From: Eledone cirrhosa
Lineage: Eukaryota
Assembly: GCA_964016885.1 (NCBI GenBank)
Contig: OZ024747.1
Span: 73,532,001-73,596,000 of the forward strand
Reading direction: 5' to 3'
Length of the DNA stretch: 64,000 nt
This document shows, piece by piece, positions 58,220-64,000 of this stretch (its first letter is position 1; each line of letters starts with the position of its first letter). Position numbers and translations under genes: made by a program. The notes below the pieces were generated by a model. The model saw only the letters and a program-made list of their open reading frames with translations. It searched no databases and was not told where the DNA came from.

Positions 58220-59706
58220 CCTAATGTAATGCTAGTGTAATGCTTATAATGATTGTTCCTACTATATTTCAGACGTTAACCCTATTTTTCACCTACGATG
58301 CGTAAATTTTGAATTTCCCTTCTATTACTTTTAGTCAAATTTACATCTTCTCTACTCCTCTCGACATATAATACACGAAGACAACTACAACGATAAATCT
58401 TTAACAAGACATTTCCTAAAATCGACTTTCCCATTAATGTAATTAACCACCTGTTCCCGAATTAAATCAAGCTATAGTGAAGGATAAGGTAAATCGCGAG
58501 CCTTTCCTGAGACATTCTAACCACATGTTCATACAATCGAAGCTGTGATCTCTAAATTCGGAGAAGAAGGGTCTTTACCTGGAGTGACTGACTTATCTCT
58601 GAGTCAGGCACACTATCATATAACGTTATTACAAACGCCCTTAGGAGGAATCTCGGTTGCTTGTATTCGCACTCGTATTCTTTCAGTCACAATAACCAAT
58701 TATTAACCGATATCTTTTAAAACATCTCCTATAGACAAAAACCTTAGTAGCGGGTTTCCTTTTCCTATAGAATGCAGAAACCCTTCGCGTTGCTTCTTGA
58801 AATGTTTGTAATTTTTTCTATTTCAAATATTTGTCGATGAATTGGTGAATTGTAATATGTAATTTAATAATTTCTGATTCTTGTTAAACGTTTGACACGA
58901 ATATAAACCGATTGAAGTTCCTACACATTCAATATAATCATAGGTCATATAATTCTTGCATTATTTAAATATTTCCTATGTAATATTTATTGACGAAATA
59001 TAGACATATATTGCACATTTTATTATACCTGTTATCAGATGTCTATCGCCTTTACAAAAAAGTTAAAAGATATGCCTCTACATATAATGATAGTATATGA
59101 GATTCATATTATTTTTGTAAATATATAAAAACCCGGTGTAATTTTGAAAATCGAAATTAAAACATATGAAATCTATGACTTAAAATATTTTATTTCCCTC
59201 CATAACTTTCACATAATATTGACAAAGGAAATTACAAGCATCAACTCAATAGCAAAAAATGTTTATTTTTGTGTTGCACATTTTGATATTTTTCTATCTT
59301 ATTGACTTCTTTAAACATCTAAAGTTATTGTAGTTAATATGATATTAAAACAAATAAACAAATATTGAAGTATTACTAACGAAACGATGTGTTGTCTTTG
59401 TTGATTATTTGAAAATATAAATAAAACGTTAATTGCGTGGAAAATTTGTCGAACAAATTATAATAATAGAAATAACTGATTCTGTATTTTCAAATAAGAT
59501 CACTGAAAATCAATCGAATGTATAGATTTCAAAGCATATGTATTATTGTGATAACAATGTTTATAAGTGTATATTTTCATGCGTATATATATCTGTGTGT
59601 GTTTGTGTGTATATGTATGTTTGCACAGAAATACGCACATACGCACATAAACATACACACAAACACACCGAGTACTCTTTTGGATAATTGTCTTACTGGT
59701 TTAATC

Positions 59707-59794
<88 letters not shown>

Positions 59795-60530
59795 CGCGCG
59801 TGTGTGCGTGCGTGTATGTCTGCATTTGCATTAGCACTGTTGAACAAAAGTTGTTGTTTTTTTGTGTCCCACAATTTAGTGATCTAGAAAATAGAGATAA
59901 ATATATATTGACTTTAAAGTAATTGCTCTGGTCGATATAAACGCTATAAAAAGTCGCCTCCATAGAAATTATATTGAGAAAATATATTCTTGCATCATAT
60001 ATGGAATATTAAAATATTCTCGCAGGGTGATGACAAATAACTATCAGACTGCAATTTTTGATTTAAAATATGGACAAATTTAGATGATTCAACTCGATAG
60101 CTTATTTTAAACTAAATGGTACTACTTTACCTCTATGACGCTACACTAATAAGCCTATTGGCTAGGAGCAGAATTCACACTGTGATCCGTTCAGCGACAT
60201 GATGCAAAGCTTTTAGTATGATGAAATTACTCTATATGGTGTCAGTCGCGATTTACATATTTACTTATTTATTTGAAGGTAAATAAAAATGGTCGGCCAC
60301 AAAGAAAGAGATCCGAAGATTGGTGTAGACAAGAACATAAAGAAAGAAATAACGAATTAGAGGGAAGTTATATGAGCGAACACAGCTTTAGAAAAGTATA
60401 TAAATGTTATTATAAGATTTTAGTTAATAAATGTTTCATTCATTTCGCTTAATTTCACTCTCTATAAATTGTCAGCAATAATTACACATAGACACACACA
60501 GATACACACACACAATTATACCCCCCCCCC

Positions 60531-60567
<37 letters not shown>

Positions 60568-60697
60568 TATATAAGCATTATCTTTACATATCTACGTTAT
60601 GAGTAAATCCCAAATATATCAATAGATGGGAGAATTTTATGAATTTCAACCTCACGCCTTACTGCTTTCCTTTCTCCCTCTGGTTCCATCTCTCTCA

Positions 60698-60750
<53 letters not shown>

Positions 60751-61679
60751 GATAAATCTACCAAGAGTTTACGGTAGTGTCCAATCCGTATGAAGAACTC
60801 AATGTATTCCGGATATCATGGAAAGAAGAGATGTAATGAAAAACCACTTTCGGTGAAAGATAAACGGTATACAGAGTCAAGATAAAATATTAAACAAATA
60901 ATGAATAAACAATTCCTTATATTAAACAAAAAAAGTTCATTATTTAACGATCGTTTCTAGGATATATATGTGTTAGAATTGGTATGCATATTCAACAGAT
61001 CTATGTACAAAATTATACAAAATTATACAAATTATCAAGATTAAATATACATACCAAACACATATATACGCCGTCTTCAGAAATAATGAAGTATATTTAT
61101 TGATAATAACAACAATTCAAAATTTCAGTTCAAAATTGACCAATGAAAACACAAAGGGTTAAATGCAGTTCGGTGTGTGTATATACATGTAAAACCCTTA
61201 CACATATTTTACAAAAATGTATGTATAATTTGTATACGCATACTAAAAGGATGGATGCAAATACAAAATTTCAAGGTTAATGTCTCTGTAAGCTTACAAT
61301 GCGCAGATAAGATGCGCATTGATACATATGAAGTCAAGTATATAAATATATTTTTTCATACTCACACATATCAGTACAATCACACATACACGCACGTATA
61401 TGCATAAATATACACATAACCACGAACATACAAACACACACACACCCCCACTCACATTTATATATGTGGATATAAAATCATAAGCACATGGATATTAATT
61501 CACTCACATAAAACACTGGCACACACATTTTTAGATCAAGATACAGAAATTAGGTGGGAGGGGAGGGGAAGGGGTCAGTATTCAACTGTCTGAGCAGACT
61601 GCCTAATATAAATGTATCTATAAATTAAGAAAAATAAAAAAATAAAACAATAAAATATAATAAATATAATATAATATAC

Positions 61680-61908
61680 ATACACATACAGATATATACA
61701 CATACATACATGTACACACACATAGAAATATTTACGCATACACACATACACACATACATATACAGTCATACACACACATACACCTACACGAACATACACA
61801 TACACATATATAAAGATATATATATACACACACACACACGCAACACATACACACATACACATATATATAAAAAATAAATAATAAAGATATATACATATAT
61901 ATATATAT

Positions 61909-61947
<39 letters not shown>

Positions 61948-62394
61948 CATACACATACACCTAAATATACATACACATACATACACACATACATGTACAT
62001 ACATGTACATACATATACGTACATCGATATACATATATATATATATATATATACACACACATAGACATATAGATACATACACACACAACTTACATACACA
62101 CATATATATATACATGTATATTCATACATAGAATTAGATATATAATCATACATACATATGCACTTACTTATACTCATATATACAAATACATACGCATCTA
62201 TATATGCGTATATACATAAAAAACCACTACAACCTCACCTAACTCAGACATACAAATAAAAATAATAATAAAAAGGCATATGTATATACATACACACACG
62301 CATTAATAGAGATATATATATACACACATACATACACATATATATATATATATATATACACATATATATATATATATATACACACACATACACT

Positions 62395-62432
<38 letters not shown>

Positions 62433-62680
62433 GATATGCACACACTCATACCACCATAAATACACATACAAACACCCACATATACATATATATACACACG
62501 TATATATATATATATATATATACACACACATAAAAAACAGACATGCACATATATATATATTTTTTTACACTTATATATACACATATTATATACACATACA
62601 CAACCTCACTTATACACACATACACATAAGTTATATTATAATAATAAAGAATAATATATATATATATATATATATATACA
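61680..62680. repeat. Degenerate (CA)/(TA) low-complexity tract, continuing at 63133-63700
   Basis: Directly visible. Confidence 0.9.
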
Positions 62681-62681
62681 T

Positions 62682-63132
62682 GGTGGCTGCCAACTCGTTT
62701 TCGAGTACGGCCACTACTTTATATCCATGTAGGAGAACCCCTACTGATGCGCTGAACGAGTGTGACTTTTTAGTCCAGCCAGCGACTTGAAAGTTCTGGT
62801 ACAAACACTACACTTGTGACAATTATTGACACATAGTGCTGGGCCCATGGTACCATGTGACGACAAATGCAGAGAGATCTCCAGATATAAAGCAATGCCT
62901 GTGCCGTGAAGCTTTTATAGTGAGCAAAGGCACTGCACAAAGCCAGTCCCACTCTCTTAACCAAGATGATATTTACCAAAAAGAAGAACAAGTCAACATC
63001 ATTGGATACCATCAGGGTTGCAGGTGTTATATCAGAGTTTTCCTTCTCCTAGAATTCTGCCTTGACAAAGGCTAAGGGGTCATCTCTCCCGGTGATTTTG
63101 GATGGCCATTGACTCTTAAGAGCTCCTTTGCC
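62682..63132 (-). mobile_element. Non-autonomous RTE-derived retroposon, 5'-truncated, third copy
   Basis: Reverse complement of ~42512-42990, lacking the 32-bp internal duplication. Embedded in TA/CA repeats. Confidence 0.8.
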
Positions 63133-63253
63133 TCATATATATACATACACATATATATATACATATACATACATACACATACATACATACATATAAACAT
63201 ATACATACATAAATACACACATACGAATATAGACATATATTCACACATAGACA

Positions 63254-63314
<61 letters not shown>

Positions 63315-64000
63315 ATATACACAGACACATATACACACTCACATATATATATATGTGTGTGTGTGCACACACACATATATACACACACACACACACATAC
63401 ACATAAACACATACATATGCATACATGCACACACACACACATATATCACATAGATACGAAGATAAACATATAAATAGAGAGACATACATATATATACAAC
63501 ACACATACACACACATACATACACACGCATATACATATACATATATATATACATATATATATTCCTATATATACATGCATACACATATATACACATATAT
63601 ACACATACATACACATATACGTACACACATTCACATACACATACATATATAATGCATATATACACATATATACATACATATACACACTCATATATACACA
63701 CGCAATCTTACATTCATATTTGCATGCGCATATATGTATTTTTATATTTAGATATAAATACCCAAACCTATATAGACACCTACCTACATATATATTCATA
63801 CATAGACGCTTACAAATACAGATGATAATAGTATGGGGGAAAGGGGGGGTTTGGAGAAGGGGATCAAAGTAAATATATGTTTCAAGAAACAGAATATTTT
63901 CCGTATCTTTATCCAATGTATGTTCTTACATATTTTCAGTGTTAGGAAATACAACAAACAAGAACTAAGGCAAAATCTATGCATCTCAAAATAAACAAGT

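Overview
AT-rich, microsatellite-dense eukaryotic non-coding DNA (intron or intergenic). The SINE families resemble those of octopod cephalopods, but that taxon call is an inference. I cannot support any host gene exon, and almost all ORF-track entries are simple-repeat artefacts. Recognisable content: (1) a near-full-length but frameshifted Ty3/Gypsy (Mag-like) LTR retrotransposon at 12353-17335, with a tRNA-Ser-like PBS, a 22-bp tandem array overlapping the PBS and an exact 24-nt copy of the LTR-end/PBS junction inside gag; (2) an RTE-type LINE 3' fragment with three C2H2 zinc fingers, plus three copies of a non-autonomous bipartite RTE-derived element, all in (TA)n tracts; (3) many tRNA-derived SINEs, two mariner-type MITEs, a non-autonomous Helitron and a probable Tx1/L1 3' end; (4) a ~600-bp near-perfect palindrome. 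The most interesting signal is a set of type-I hammerhead-ribozyme motifs. Two copies of a ~450-500-nt non-coding repeat (26765-27384 and 32536-33169) carry a hammerhead with an extended stem I, in the direct and inverted partial-repeat layouts typical of Penelope-like elements and retrozymes. A second hammerhead family lies at 33524-33633 and a degenerate one at 10851-10933.
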